A stretch of DNA of 25,284 nt, taken from Candidatus Krumholzibacteriia bacterium (GTDB lineage Bacteria; Krumholzibacteriota; Krumholzibacteriia; LZORAL124-64-63). The stretch is taken from positions 1 through 25,284 of the forward strand of contig JAWOID010000028.1 of the NCBI GenBank assembly GCA_046484865.1, in the 5' to 3' direction. Of the stretch, positions 1 through 11,854 are shown in pieces (the stretch's first letter is position 1; each line of letters begins with the position of its first letter). Under the pieces are notes generated by a model. It made no database searches. It was not told the origin of the DNA and saw only the letters and a list, made by a program, of their open reading frames with translations. The position numbers and the translations under genes were made by a program.

Positions 1-232
1 TGGGTCCAACAGCAGGGACACAACCTCTATCTCCTTGGTGAGCACGTTGATGGCCCTGAACATTTCAAAGAGGGCCACCAGGACGACCATGCCAGCGTTG
101 CGCTCTTGCACTTGGAAGGCCTTGGCGCTTTGATTGTGGATGTTGTGCAGGGCGCGCAGCTTCTCCACAAACGTGACAAACTCGGGGCACGCAAACCCCA
201 GGCCAGAAATTACGTCCCACTCCAGACACCAA
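1..232 (-). other. Compositionally distinct segment (~57% GC) carrying an unrelated open frame; probable chimeric contig end or insertion
   Basis: Hand count gives ~131 G+C in nt 1-230, against ~68% just downstream. The minus frame 231->1 is open for 77 codons (WCLEWDVISGLGFACPEFVTFVEKLRALHNIHNQSAKAFQVQERNAGMVVLVALFEMFRAINVLTKEIEVVSLLLDP) and is out of frame with the ccsA-like gene. Confidence 0.7.
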
Positions 233-913
233 CACGGCCTCGATGTGCATCCAGGTCCGGTTCTCGTCGCCGGGCACCGGGAAGATGCGCAGCGTCTCGC
301 CCCGCAGCGACATGTAGAGCAGGTTGAACCGCTCGTCGAAGGAGATGAGGCGACGCTGGGTCTTGCTGCGCTGGGAATCGGGGGTGCGATGGGCCTCCTC
401 CACGAGGCCGCGGATCCGGTACTGCCCCTGCTCGTCGAACAGGCTCGCGGCGCTCACGTACTTGGTCCCTTGCGGCACGCCGAGCAGGTCCTTCACGCCC
501 TCGTTCCGCACCGCGATCACCGGATGGGCGAACCAGGCCTGGGGGTTGGCCATCCAGTTCAGGTAGAGATCGACCGGCGCCCGGTCCTCGAAGGTCGCCT
601 GCTTGGCGATCTTCATCACCATCTCGTGCGCGAGCGTGTCCAGCGGCTTCATGCGACCGCGCCAGTCCTGGACGACCAGCCGGCGCGCCTGCTGCCGCAC
701 CGGCTCGGGCAGCTCGGTGAACGCGACCGGCGTGCCGGCCACGCCATGCATGCCAGGAGCGTGGCCGTGGCCCGCGTGCGGATCGTCAGTCTGCGCGCGG
801 ACACCTGCCGCGCCGCCCGCCGCGGCCAGCAGGACCACCACCACCGCGGCCAGCGCCGGCCGCAGAACTCGCGCGCGAATCCGCCCGTCGCCTTTTCTCA
901 ACACGTGCTGCAT
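65..913 (-). CDS. ccsA: Cytochrome c biogenesis protein CcsA-type (CcsBA/NrfI-like), N-terminal part only; genuine sequence ~913-233, remainder is read-through into foreign DNA
   Basis: GGAAGGGA RBS before ATG 913, N-terminal hydrophobic segment, and LVVQDWRGRMKPLDTLAHEMVMKI and LRIFPVP motifs typical of the periplasmic region of large CcsBA synthases. It directly follows the ResB-like gene. The WWD domain is not present in the window. Confidence 0.75.
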   Translation of the reverse strand: MQHVLRKGDGRIRARVLRPALAAVVVVLLAAAGGAAGVRAQTDDPHAGHGHAPGMHGVAGTPVAFTELPEPVRQQARRLVVQDWRGRMKPLDTLAHEMVMKIAKQATFEDRAPVDLYLNWMANPQAWFAHPVIAVRNEGVKDLLGVPQGTKYVSAASLFDEQGQYRIRGLVEEAHRTPDSQRSKTQRRLISFDERFNLLYMSLRGETLRIFPVPGDENRTWMHIEAVLVSGVGRNFWPGVCVPRVCHVCGEAARPAQHPQSKRQGLPSARAQRWHGRPGGPL

Positions 914-930
914 AGATCCCTTCCAGTCGC

Positions 931-2682
931 TCAGGCCTTGATCGTCTGCTCGCTCCCGCGCGCGTCGGCTGCGCCTGGCAGTCCGGACGGACGCCTGGCC
1001 GGCCAGATCAGATCACGCAGCAGGACCAGGAGGAAACCCAGTGTGATCAAGGTGTAGCCCACGTACGTGGGCCACTTGCCCGGATCGTAGTTCACCGACA
1101 GGATCGTGCCCTGACGATCGCGGTCGTAGGACGACTGGAAGTGCTTCGCGCCGCGATGGTTGAGCGGGTGGTTCATCCAGATCCGCACCCGTTCGCCGTC
1201 CACGCCCTGCTCCTCGTCGTACACGCGCACCCAGCTCTCGTAGCTGGCCGGATTGTCGCTGCCGGGATAGGTCTTCAGCAGGAACTCGTCGAGGTGCAGC
1301 CGGTAGGGAAGCTGCCTGATCACGGGGCCGAACGCGAGCTGGACCGTGTGGTCGCCCAGCGTGACGGCGCGGCCGCCGGTCCCCTTCACGACCACCGCCT
1401 CGGCGCGTTCGCCGCCGGCGCCCTCGAGGTACACCCGGGCCGCGGTGGGAGCGTTCTGGTTCTCGCTGAGCACGGGCGCCCGCCGCGCCGACGCCAGGAT
1501 CCGGCCGGGCATGAACGAGAAGCCCTGCTCGAGGCTCGCGTACAGCAGTTCCAGCTCCAGCGGGAACTCGTCGCCCGCGGGGATCTGGCGCCGCGCCTGC
1601 GGATCATCCATGCCCTGCACCATCAGGGGAAAACCGGCTCGCGCCACCAGGCCTCCGCGGCCGTCCGGGGCCAGGGCCAGGCCCCGCTCCACGGTGTAGG
1701 CCAGGTCGAGCGCCGCGAAGGCGTCGTCCTGCTGGTGGTTCATGGCGAAGTCGGGGTGGAACGCGAAGAGCATGCGTTCGGCGGTGGCACCGTCCGGTCC
1801 GGTGATCCGCAAGCGGATCATCGGGTTCAGGAGCGGTCCGTCCGCGGTCGGCGTCCCTCCCACCTTGAAGTCGCTCTGGAACTCGGTGATCTCCAGGGTG
1901 AATCCGCCGCAGCGCACCGGTTCGCCCGGCGGCGGCGTCACCGGCGCGCGGCAGACCTCGCCGCCCGCGCGCACGCGCAGGTCGCCGTACCGCGAGGTGG
2001 TCGCCGCGTCCGGCAGGGCATCGGGATGGAAGGCGAGGTCGGTGCCGCCGACCGTCACCCGCTGGCCGGCGGTGACCGTCTCCATCTGCACGCCGCCCGG
2101 ACCGGTGACCCCGTACTGCAGCGCCATGGGTCCCTGCCCGGTGGGGTCCTCGCTCCAGCCCTCCTCGTAGCGAGGCCAGAATTCGGCCACGCCCAGCTCG
2201 TACGCCCCCCCGGCGATCTCCACCTGATGCGCCACGTCCTGCTCGCCCGGGCGGTAGAGCCGCACCGGGTAGCGGGTGGTCACTCCTGCGGTGGTGGCCT
2301 GGACGTAGTCGCGGTCGGAGAAGATGAAGTCGGTGCTCTCGCCCTCGCGGATGCGCATGATGCCCTCGTAGCCCAGATACCGCGTCATGGCGGCGCCGAC
2401 GAGGATCACGACGATGGCGGCGTGCACCATCACGAACCCGGTCTGGCGCGCCCGGTAAGGGGCCCGGCGGATCAGCGCCAGCAGCAGGTTCAGAGTGAGC
2501 AGCCCCAGCACCAGCTCGAACCAGCGCGCCCCGTACACCACCGCGTAGGCGCCGTCGCGGCCCCAGCGCGTCTCGAAGAAGGTGGCGTAGCCGGTCGCGA
2601 AGGCGATGGCGGCCAGGAGAACGGCACTGAGCTTGAGGGAGGCCAGGGCCCCGACGACGGGATTCTGCCAGAAGCGCTTCAC
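931..2682 (-). CDS. ccsB: Cytochrome c biogenesis protein CcsB/ResB family (System II)
   Basis: Three N-terminal TM helices with conserved His (GFVMVHAAIVVILVGAAMTRY-G-EG-M-IREGE), a large periplasmic domain, YPGSDNPASYES, MNHPLNHRG..FQSSYD and LSVNYDPG..PTYVGY motifs, and a C-terminal TM. Start is GTG at 2682, 2688 or 2691 (uncertain). Confidence 0.85.
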   Translation of the reverse strand: MKRFWQNPVVGALASLKLSAVLLAAIAFATGYATFFETRWGRDGAYAVVYGARWFELVLGLLTLNLLLALIRRAPYRARQTGFVMVHAAIVVILVGAAMTRYLGYEGIMRIREGESTDFIFSDRDYVQATTAGVTTRYPVRLYRPGEQDVAHQVEIAGGAYELGVAEFWPRYEEGWSEDPTGQGPMALQYGVTGPGGVQMETVTAGQRVTVGGTDLAFHPDALPDAATTSRYGDLRVRAGGEVCRAPVTPPPGEPVRCGGFTLEITEFQSDFKVGGTPTADGPLLNPMIRLRITGPDGATAERMLFAFHPDFAMNHQQDDAFAALDLAYTVERGLALAPDGRGGLVARAGFPLMVQGMDDPQARRQIPAGDEFPLELELLYASLEQGFSFMPGRILASARRAPVLSENQNAPTAARVYLEGAGGERAEAVVVKGTGGRAVTLGDHTVQLAFGPVIRQLPYRLHLDEFLLKTYPGSDNPASYESWVRVYDEEQGVDGERVRIWMNHPLNHRGAKHFQSSYDRDRQGTILSVNYDPGKWPTYVGYTLITLGFLLVLLRDLIWPARRPSGLPGAADARGSEQTIKA

Positions 2683-2732
2683 GTTCACCACCGGGGTCCG
2701 AGGAACGGGCGGGAGCCGCCCGGATGCGCGGG

Positions 2733-2766
2733 TTGGAAATCTAACTCCAAGCACCACAGAGGGCAA
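2733..2766 (-). promoter_or_regulatory. Putative sigma70 promoter for ccsB-ccsA with an overlapping palindrome
   Basis: Minus strand TTGCCC (2766-2761), 17 nt, TAGATT (2743-2738). The inverted repeat TTGGA-N8-TCCAA (2733-2750) brackets the -10 box in an AT-rich patch. Confidence 0.55.
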
Positions 2767-2890
2767 TGAAAAGCGGATTCTCGCGCTCTTCTACCCGCCG
2801 GCGCGGCGGGGGTTCCAGTCGAACGCCCCGCCTTCGTTCGCGCCCGGCGCCGTCCCGGTCCGCCCCGCCGGCTCTCGACTTCGTTCGCGC

Positions 2891-6388
<3,498 letters not shown>

Positions 6389-6610
6389 GATATCGCCTCC
6401 GGTTCGGGATGGACTCGGCGCCCGCGATCCTTCACCATCGCGGCACCGGGGAGCTGGCGGTGGCGTTGCGCCGGCGGCGGAACCCCGCCGACGATCCTTG
6501 CCGATAATGACCTCGAAGCCCGCGGATCGCAACCGGCGGCATGCGGCTCGCCGCGGGCGGCGACAGCCCGATCGGCGGCCGCGAAACGCCCAGCACGGGA
6601 GACGGCAACC

Positions 6611-8155
6611 TTGCGCCTCACCCCCTCCCAGCGCCTGCGCGGGCTGCATCCCGGCCGGTTCCTGCCCCCCCGCTGGCGCGAGCACCGGCCCCGGCTCACG
6701 GTTCCGCACGTCTTCGTCCTGCTCGCCGGCGTGATCCTCGTGTGCAGCCTGCTCACGTGGGTCGTCCCCTCCGGATCCTACGAACGAGAGACGAGGCTGG
6801 TCGAGGGACGCGAGCGCACGCTGCTGGTGCCGGGCACCTTCGCGCCGGTTCCCAAGCACATCGACGCGCGCGGCGTGATCCTCGGCGAGGAGGTGGAGGG
6901 ACGGGCCACTCCGGTTGGCCTGCACGGATTCCTGACGGCCATCCCCCGCGGCCTCGAGGAGGCCGCCGACATCATCTTCTTCATCTTCATCGTGGGCGGA
7001 GTGTTCGGGATCCTGCAGCGCACCGGCGTGATCACGGCCTCCATCGGTCTGATCCTGCGTGCCCTGGGCGGCAGCGGACCGCTCCTGACGGTGGCGCTCA
7101 TGGTGGCCATGGCGGCGGGCGGCTCCACCCTGGGCATGGGCGAGGAGTTCATCCCGCTGGTGCCGGTGTTCCTGGCCCTCTCGCAGCGGCTCGGCTACGA
7201 CCGGCTCTTCGGCATGGCGCTGGTGTTGCTGGCGGCCGACACCGGGTTCGCCGCATCCACGACCAATCCGTTCACCGTGGCGGTGGCGCAGGGCATCGCG
7301 GAGGTGCCGCTGCAGAGCGGTCTCGGCCTGCGCCTGATCTTCTTCGTCTGCGCGCTGACCGTGGCCACCGTCCACCTGCTGCGCTACGGCGCCCGGGTGC
7401 GGCGCGACCCCTCGCGCTCGCTGGTGGCGGACATCCCGTGGAGCGACGCCGGCGAGGCTCCCCCCGCCGCAGCGGCGGCAGCGGAGACGCCCACCGCCGA
7501 CCACACGCCCTTCCTGCCGCGGCACGCCGTCATTCTCGTCAGCTCGGTGGCCATCTTCGCCACCATCATCATCGCGGTGCAGCGCCTGGGCTGGTGGATG
7601 GCGGACATGGGCGGCGGCTTCCTGCTCATGGGCGTGGTGGCCGCGGTGGCGGCGCGTCTGAGCCTGCGGGAGTCGTCGCGGGCGTTCGTCAAGGGTCTCG
7701 AGGAGATGGTGGTGGCAGCCCTGGTGGTGGGCTTCGCCCGCGGTATCGCCGTGGTGCTCGCCGACGGCCAGATCATCGACACCATCATTCACGGCGCGGC
7801 CTCGCTGCTGGAGCAGGTGCCGCGCCACCTGGCCGTGATCGGGATGCTCGGGTTCGAGTCCATCCTCAACTTCTTCATACCGTCGGGGTCGGGGCAGGCG
7901 GCGGTCTCCATGCCGCTCATGGCGCCCCTGGCCGACGTGCTCGGCGTCACCCGCCAGACCGCCGTCTTCGCCTTCACCTGCGGCGACGGCTTCACCAACA
8001 TGGTGATCCCCACCAGCGGCATCCTGATGGCCATGCTCGGGCTGGCCCGCATCCCGTATGGCCGCTGGCTGCGGTTCATGCTGCCGCTCTTCCTGCAGCT
8101 CATGGCGCTGTCGGCGGTGTTCCTGATGATCGCGGTGGCCATCGGCTACAGCTGA
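6611..8155 (+). CDS. YfcC/DcuC-like (basic amino acid antiporter / ion transporter superfamily) membrane transporter
   Basis: Polytopic hydrophobic protein with VPHVFVLL, GMGEEFIP, TNPFTVAVAQGIAEVPLQSG, FFIPSGSGQAAVSMPLMAPLAD and GDGFTNMVIPTSG..IPYGRWLRF motifs. The TTG 6611 start after GGGAGA is a best guess. Confidence 0.9.
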   Translation: MRLTPSQRLRGLHPGRFLPPRWREHRPRLTVPHVFVLLAGVILVCSLLTWVVPSGSYERETRLVEGRERTLLVPGTFAPVPKHIDARGVILGEEVEGRATPVGLHGFLTAIPRGLEEAADIIFFIFIVGGVFGILQRTGVITASIGLILRALGGSGPLLTVALMVAMAAGGSTLGMGEEFIPLVPVFLALSQRLGYDRLFGMALVLLAADTGFAASTTNPFTVAVAQGIAEVPLQSGLGLRLIFFVCALTVATVHLLRYGARVRRDPSRSLVADIPWSDAGEAPPAAAAAAETPTADHTPFLPRHAVILVSSVAIFATIIIAVQRLGWWMADMGGGFLLMGVVAAVAARLSLRESSRAFVKGLEEMVVAALVVGFARGIAVVLADGQIIDTIIHGAASLLEQVPRHLAVIGMLGFESILNFFIPSGSGQAAVSMPLMAPLADVLGVTRQTAVFAFTCGDGFTNMVIPTSGILMAMLGLARIPYGRWLRFMLPLFLQLMALSAVFLMIAVAIGYS

Positions 8156-8170
8156 CGGCCACCCTACCGC

Positions 8171-8199
8171 TTGTCCCGGACGCCGGGATGGGGGATATT
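8171..8199 (+). promoter_or_regulatory. Possible sigma70 promoter for the beta-barrel gene
   Basis: TTGTCC (8171-8176), 17 nt, GATATT (8194-8199). Confidence 0.35.
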
Positions 8200-8252
8200 C
8201 GCGAACGGCATCACCGTCGGCATGCGCCGCCTCAACCGGCACCCGTGAGGTC

Positions 8253-9530
8253 GTGGACTTGACCGTGAACGCTCCCCGCCGCCCGCGCCGGGCACCGGTC
8301 CCGTGCGCCCGCCCCGGCCCGTTCGTCCTCGCCGTTTTCTTCAGCTTCGCGCTGGCCGGCGCGGTGCTGCTGCCGGCGGCGGACGTTCTCGCCTCCTCCA
8401 GTCGCGTCCGCAGCCTCGGCGGCGACAGCGGCTACTTCGAGGACGACAGCAACGTCCTGCGCTGGTACGGCAGCGTGGTGGATTATCCGGACCTGGTGGT
8501 CGCCGAGCTCGGGCGGTTCGACCTGGACGCCGCCACGGCCGTACCCTGGTCGGACCGCGTCTACGGCCAGGGCGGCGGACTCCACCTCTCGTTCGATGCT
8601 GCCCGCCGCTGGGGCGTGGGCGCCGCCTACGTCGAGGGCGATCAGCCGGACGACATCCCCGGCGGCGCCGCGACCCTGATGTGGGGCCGATCGTTCGGTC
8701 GCCACGCCGTCGCCCTCGCGTTCCAGGGCACCTCGTACAATCGGTCCACGGCAGGCGATGGCACGCAGCTCTTCGGGCGTGCCGAGTATCATCACGTGTG
8801 GGGTGCCGGCCTCCGGAGCGACCTGGGCGAGTCGGCCTACCTCGACCTCGCCGCCGACGTCCGCAACACCCAGTTCGACTACGTGGATCCTTTCCGCGGA
8901 CTCCGCTATGGCCCCGTCGAGATCACGAAGGGCTGGAGCGCTCGCGCCCGCCTCTTCTGGCGACCGAACCCGCGGGTGGTGCTGGTGCCGCTGATCGGCC
9001 ACCTGGCCGACATCCGCCCCACCTACTCCGACGTGCTCGAGGACGCGGCCGACCTCGATGCGCGGATCACCCGGGTGGGTTTCGGGGTGAACCTGCTGCC
9101 CGACGCCGACAATCTCGTGCTCTTCTCCTTCGAATACGCCGAGGGCGAAGAGACGCTCCGAGGCCAGGCTTCCCCCTTCGCCAGGTACGCCCGCGAGACG
9201 CGCGACTGGTTCACGCTCCACGGCCGCATCGGCGCCGAGTCGCGCGTCCTCGCCTGGCTGACGGTCCGGCTCGGGATCGAGTACCTGCGCATCGAGGACG
9301 AGGTCCTGCTGCTGCTACCCGCCGTGAACGGCGACGACCTGTGGTTCGCCCGTCGTGACATCTTCCTGGAGACGCCCGTGAACCTCGGCCTCGGACTGCA
9401 CTTCGGCTCGTTCACCGCCGACCTCGTCGTCAACGAGGAGAGCCCCTTCAACCTGGGCTACGCCCTCACCGGCGCCGGGCGCGATGATTCCACCACCTTC
9501 ACGTCGATCACGCTGAGCTACGGGTTCTGA
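8253..9530 (+). CDS. Putative outer-membrane beta-barrel protein of unknown function
   Basis: Signal peptide ending near VLA-S, alternating amphipathic strands throughout, and C-terminal SITLSYGF (BAM-type beta-signal with terminal Phe). Exact start uncertain (8253/8259/8265). Confidence 0.75.
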   Translation: MDLTVNAPRRPRRAPVPCARPGPFVLAVFFSFALAGAVLLPAADVLASSSRVRSLGGDSGYFEDDSNVLRWYGSVVDYPDLVVAELGRFDLDAATAVPWSDRVYGQGGGLHLSFDAARRWGVGAAYVEGDQPDDIPGGAATLMWGRSFGRHAVALAFQGTSYNRSTAGDGTQLFGRAEYHHVWGAGLRSDLGESAYLDLAADVRNTQFDYVDPFRGLRYGPVEITKGWSARARLFWRPNPRVVLVPLIGHLADIRPTYSDVLEDAADLDARITRVGFGVNLLPDADNLVLFSFEYAEGEETLRGQASPFARYARETRDWFTLHGRIGAESRVLAWLTVRLGIEYLRIEDEVLLLLPAVNGDDLWFARRDIFLETPVNLGLGLHFGSFTADLVVNEESPFNLGYALTGAGRDDSTTFTSITLSYGF

Positions 9531-9605
9531 GCGGTCCGGGCCGCCCGCCAGCGGGACCGACACCGGCGCCCGCATCGCTCGGCCGCCGGCGGAGGACCGG
9601 CGCGC

Positions 9606-10442
9606 ATGGCCGACAGGCTCTACGACGACCCTTCGGTGTACGACGTCCTCCAGACGCCCGGCACCGCGCGCGAGGTCGACGTCATCGAACGCGTGGAGCG
9701 CGGCCACGGGGGCCGGCGGCACCGGCGCGACGATCCCACCACCTGGTTCGAGCCGGCGTGCGGCACCGGCCGCTACCTGCGGGTCGCCGCGCGACGCGGA
9801 CATCCGGTGCTCGGCTGCGACAGCGAGCCCGCCATGGTCGCCTACGCCGGACGCAGGCTCGCCCGGGCCCTGGCCGCGGGCTCGGCCGCGGCCGAGGCGA
9901 CCGATTCTCCCCGCACCGTGACGGCCCGGCTCACGGTGGCGGACATGACCGATCCGCAGGTGGTGCCGCGGCTCGGCGCCGCGTCGGCCGACCTGGCGCT
10001 CAACCCGGTCAACTCGATCCGGCACCTGACCAGCGACCGCGCGGTGCTGGACCACCTGACGGTGGTCGCGCGGATCCTGCGGCCCGGCGGCATCTACGTG
10101 GTGGGGATCTCGCTGGAGGAGGGCAACTGGCTCGGACCGGACGAGGACGTGTGGGTCGGCCGGCGCGGGCGCTGCCGCGTCCGGCAGGTGGTGAACTATC
10201 TGCCGCCGCGCGATGGCGGCCGGCCGCGGCGGGAGGTGGTGCTGAGCCACCTCGTGATCGAGCGGCCGCGCGGCGTCGAGCATCGCGACCATCGTTATGT
10301 GCTGCGCACCTACTCGCGGGCGCAGTGGCGGCGGCTGGTGGCGCGCTCGTCGCTGCATCACGAGGTCAGCCTGGACGCGTCCGGGCGGGTTCTGGCGGGA
10401 CGGCGGGTTCCCTACCAGCTCGAGGTGCTGCGCGCGCGCTGA
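9606..10442 (+). CDS. Class I SAM-dependent methyltransferase
   Basis: GGAGG RBS; motif I FEPACGTGR, acidic GCD at the end of strand 2, VADMTD, NSIRHL and LRPGGIYVV. Confidence 0.9.
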   Translation: MADRLYDDPSVYDVLQTPGTAREVDVIERVERGHGGRRHRRDDPTTWFEPACGTGRYLRVAARRGHPVLGCDSEPAMVAYAGRRLARALAAGSAAAEATDSPRTVTARLTVADMTDPQVVPRLGAASADLALNPVNSIRHLTSDRAVLDHLTVVARILRPGGIYVVGISLEEGNWLGPDEDVWVGRRGRCRVRQVVNYLPPRDGGRPRREVVLSHLVIERPRGVEHRDHRYVLRTYSRAQWRRLVARSSLHHEVSLDASGRVLAGRRVPYQLEVLRAR

Positions 10443-10488
10443 CCCGCGACCGGTGATCGGTGATCGGTGTTCGACGTTCGCCGACCAG

Positions 10489-10588
10489 GCGCTCCCGCCG
10501 GGCCGCCTGGCGAGGCCGGGGGGCGACGCGGCAGTTGCGCCCCCGCCGGGCGGCCTGGCGAGGCTGGGGGGCGACGCGGCAGTTGCGC
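10489..10588. repeat. 48-bp tandem duplication with internal hairpin between convergent genes
   Basis: Unit cccgccgggc(c/g)gcctggcgaggc(c/t)ggggggcgacgcggcagttgcgcc at 48-nt period (cctggcgagg at 10506 and 10554); contains a GGGGGCG...CGCCCCC stem. Confidence 0.85.
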
Positions 10589-10615
10589 CGCCCCCGGACG
10601 CTGTCGCAGCCCGGG

Positions 10616-11737
10616 CTAGCGCTGCGAGATGCGCACCGAGCCGCTGCCGGTGTCGATGTCCACGCGGGCGCGCCCGCCCCCGATGCGGAAGCGGACGTCG
10701 TCGCGCTCGCGGTGATCGTAGTCGATCCCTTCCAGGTCCACGCGGACCGAGCCGCTGCCGGTCTCGGCCACGACGACGGCAGAAGCGTCGCGCGGCAGCT
10801 CCAGGTTCACCGACCCGCTGCCGGTGTCCAGCACGAAACGGCCGTCGCCCATGCGGTCGAGCTTCAGCGTGATGCTGCCGCTGCCGGTGTCGATCCTGGC
10901 GGCGTCGGCCTCGACGCTCTCGGCCTCCACGCCGCCGCTGCCGGTGTCGACCTCGAGTTGCTGGCAGCGGATGCCGGCGAGTTCCACCCGGCCGCTGCCG
11001 GTGTCGGCGGTCAGTTCCTCGCCCTCGAAGTCCTCCACCACGACCGAGCCGCTGCCCGTGTCCGCCACCAGCTTCCGTCCCCGGTGGTTCGTGACCTCGA
11101 CCCGCCCGCTGCCCGTGTCCGCCACCAGATCGCCCCGGCAGCCGGCGACGACGATGGCGCCGCTGGAGGTGTCCAGGACCAGGTCGCCCTCCACGCGGCC
11201 GGCGCTGATCCGGCCCACCTGGTTGACCGTGCGCGCGCTGTGGCCGCGGGGTACCTTCACCACGACGTCGGCCCACACCTCGAGCCCGCGGCCGCGGCCG
11301 CTCACGGTGACGTTCTTGCCGCTGAATCCGTCGATGATCGCCGACAACCAGCCGCTGTCCGTGTCGCGGCGCGGCGAGAACGTCGTCTTGCCCCCTCCGA
11401 GCTCCGGATAGACGTAGCTGCGGTGCTCCTCCACCGGGAAGCGGACGAACACGCGCGGTTCGCCGCCCTCGCGTCCGTCCTCGATCGTGACCAGCGACGG
11501 GTCGGCGTCCTTGCCCCGCACGTGGATCTCGATCTCGTACGCGGCGCCGGAGGCCGGCTGCAGCTCGACCTCGCCGATCATGTTCACCAGCTCGAGACCA
11601 TCCCCCTCGAGCGTCAGGGACCGGCTGAACTCCTCGGCGTGCACCGGCGCCACCAGGGCGATGGCGAGCATTGCGACTGCCGACAGCGTCGTCGCCGTCA
11701 TGGCGCGGACGCGCGGTCGAGCACGAAAAGACATCAT
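10616..11737 (-). CDS. DUF4097-family beta-strand repeat (putative adhesin-like) exported protein
   Basis: GGAGGAG RBS, ATG 11737, signal peptide ending PVHA-E, and nine repeats with a (D/E)T(G/S)SG core, mostly ~20 aa apart. Confidence 0.85.
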   Translation of the reverse strand: MMSFRARPRVRAMTATTLSAVAMLAIALVAPVHAEEFSRSLTLEGDGLELVNMIGEVELQPASGAAYEIEIHVRGKDADPSLVTIEDGREGGEPRVFVRFPVEEHRSYVYPELGGGKTTFSPRRDTDSGWLSAIIDGFSGKNVTVSGRGRGLEVWADVVVKVPRGHSARTVNQVGRISAGRVEGDLVLDTSSGAIVVAGCRGDLVADTGSGRVEVTNHRGRKLVADTGSGSVVVEDFEGEELTADTGSGRVELAGIRCQQLEVDTGSGGVEAESVEADAARIDTGSGSITLKLDRMGDGRFVLDTGSGSVNLELPRDASAVVVAETGSGSVRVDLEGIDYDHRERDDVRFRIGGGRARVDIDTGSGSVRISQR

Positions 11738-11854
11738 GGTCATCTCCTCCGACGATGCGAGACGCGGACCCCGGATCAGGGAACTACGCAGATGCCGCCG
11801 GGGGGTTGCGCTCGGATCGGTCCCGGCCACCGGCTGCGGAGACTCTCGCGCCGT

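Noticed and set aside
65..232. CVPRVCHVC segment in the ccsA ORF tail as a heme or metal motif
   Set aside because: It comes from off-frame read-through into the foreign segment.
6389..8242. N-terminal ~600 aa of the 1783-aa ORF suggesting a giant tricorn fusion
   Set aside because: It is the antisense shadow of the YfcC gene. The real start is GTG 6388 with a GGAGG RBS and a signal-like segment.
10640..11175. Regularly spaced gccgctgccggtgtc repeats (~60-nt period) resembling a CRISPR array
   Set aside because: They encode the DTGSG repeats of the DUF4097 protein, are short and degenerate, and no cas genes are present.
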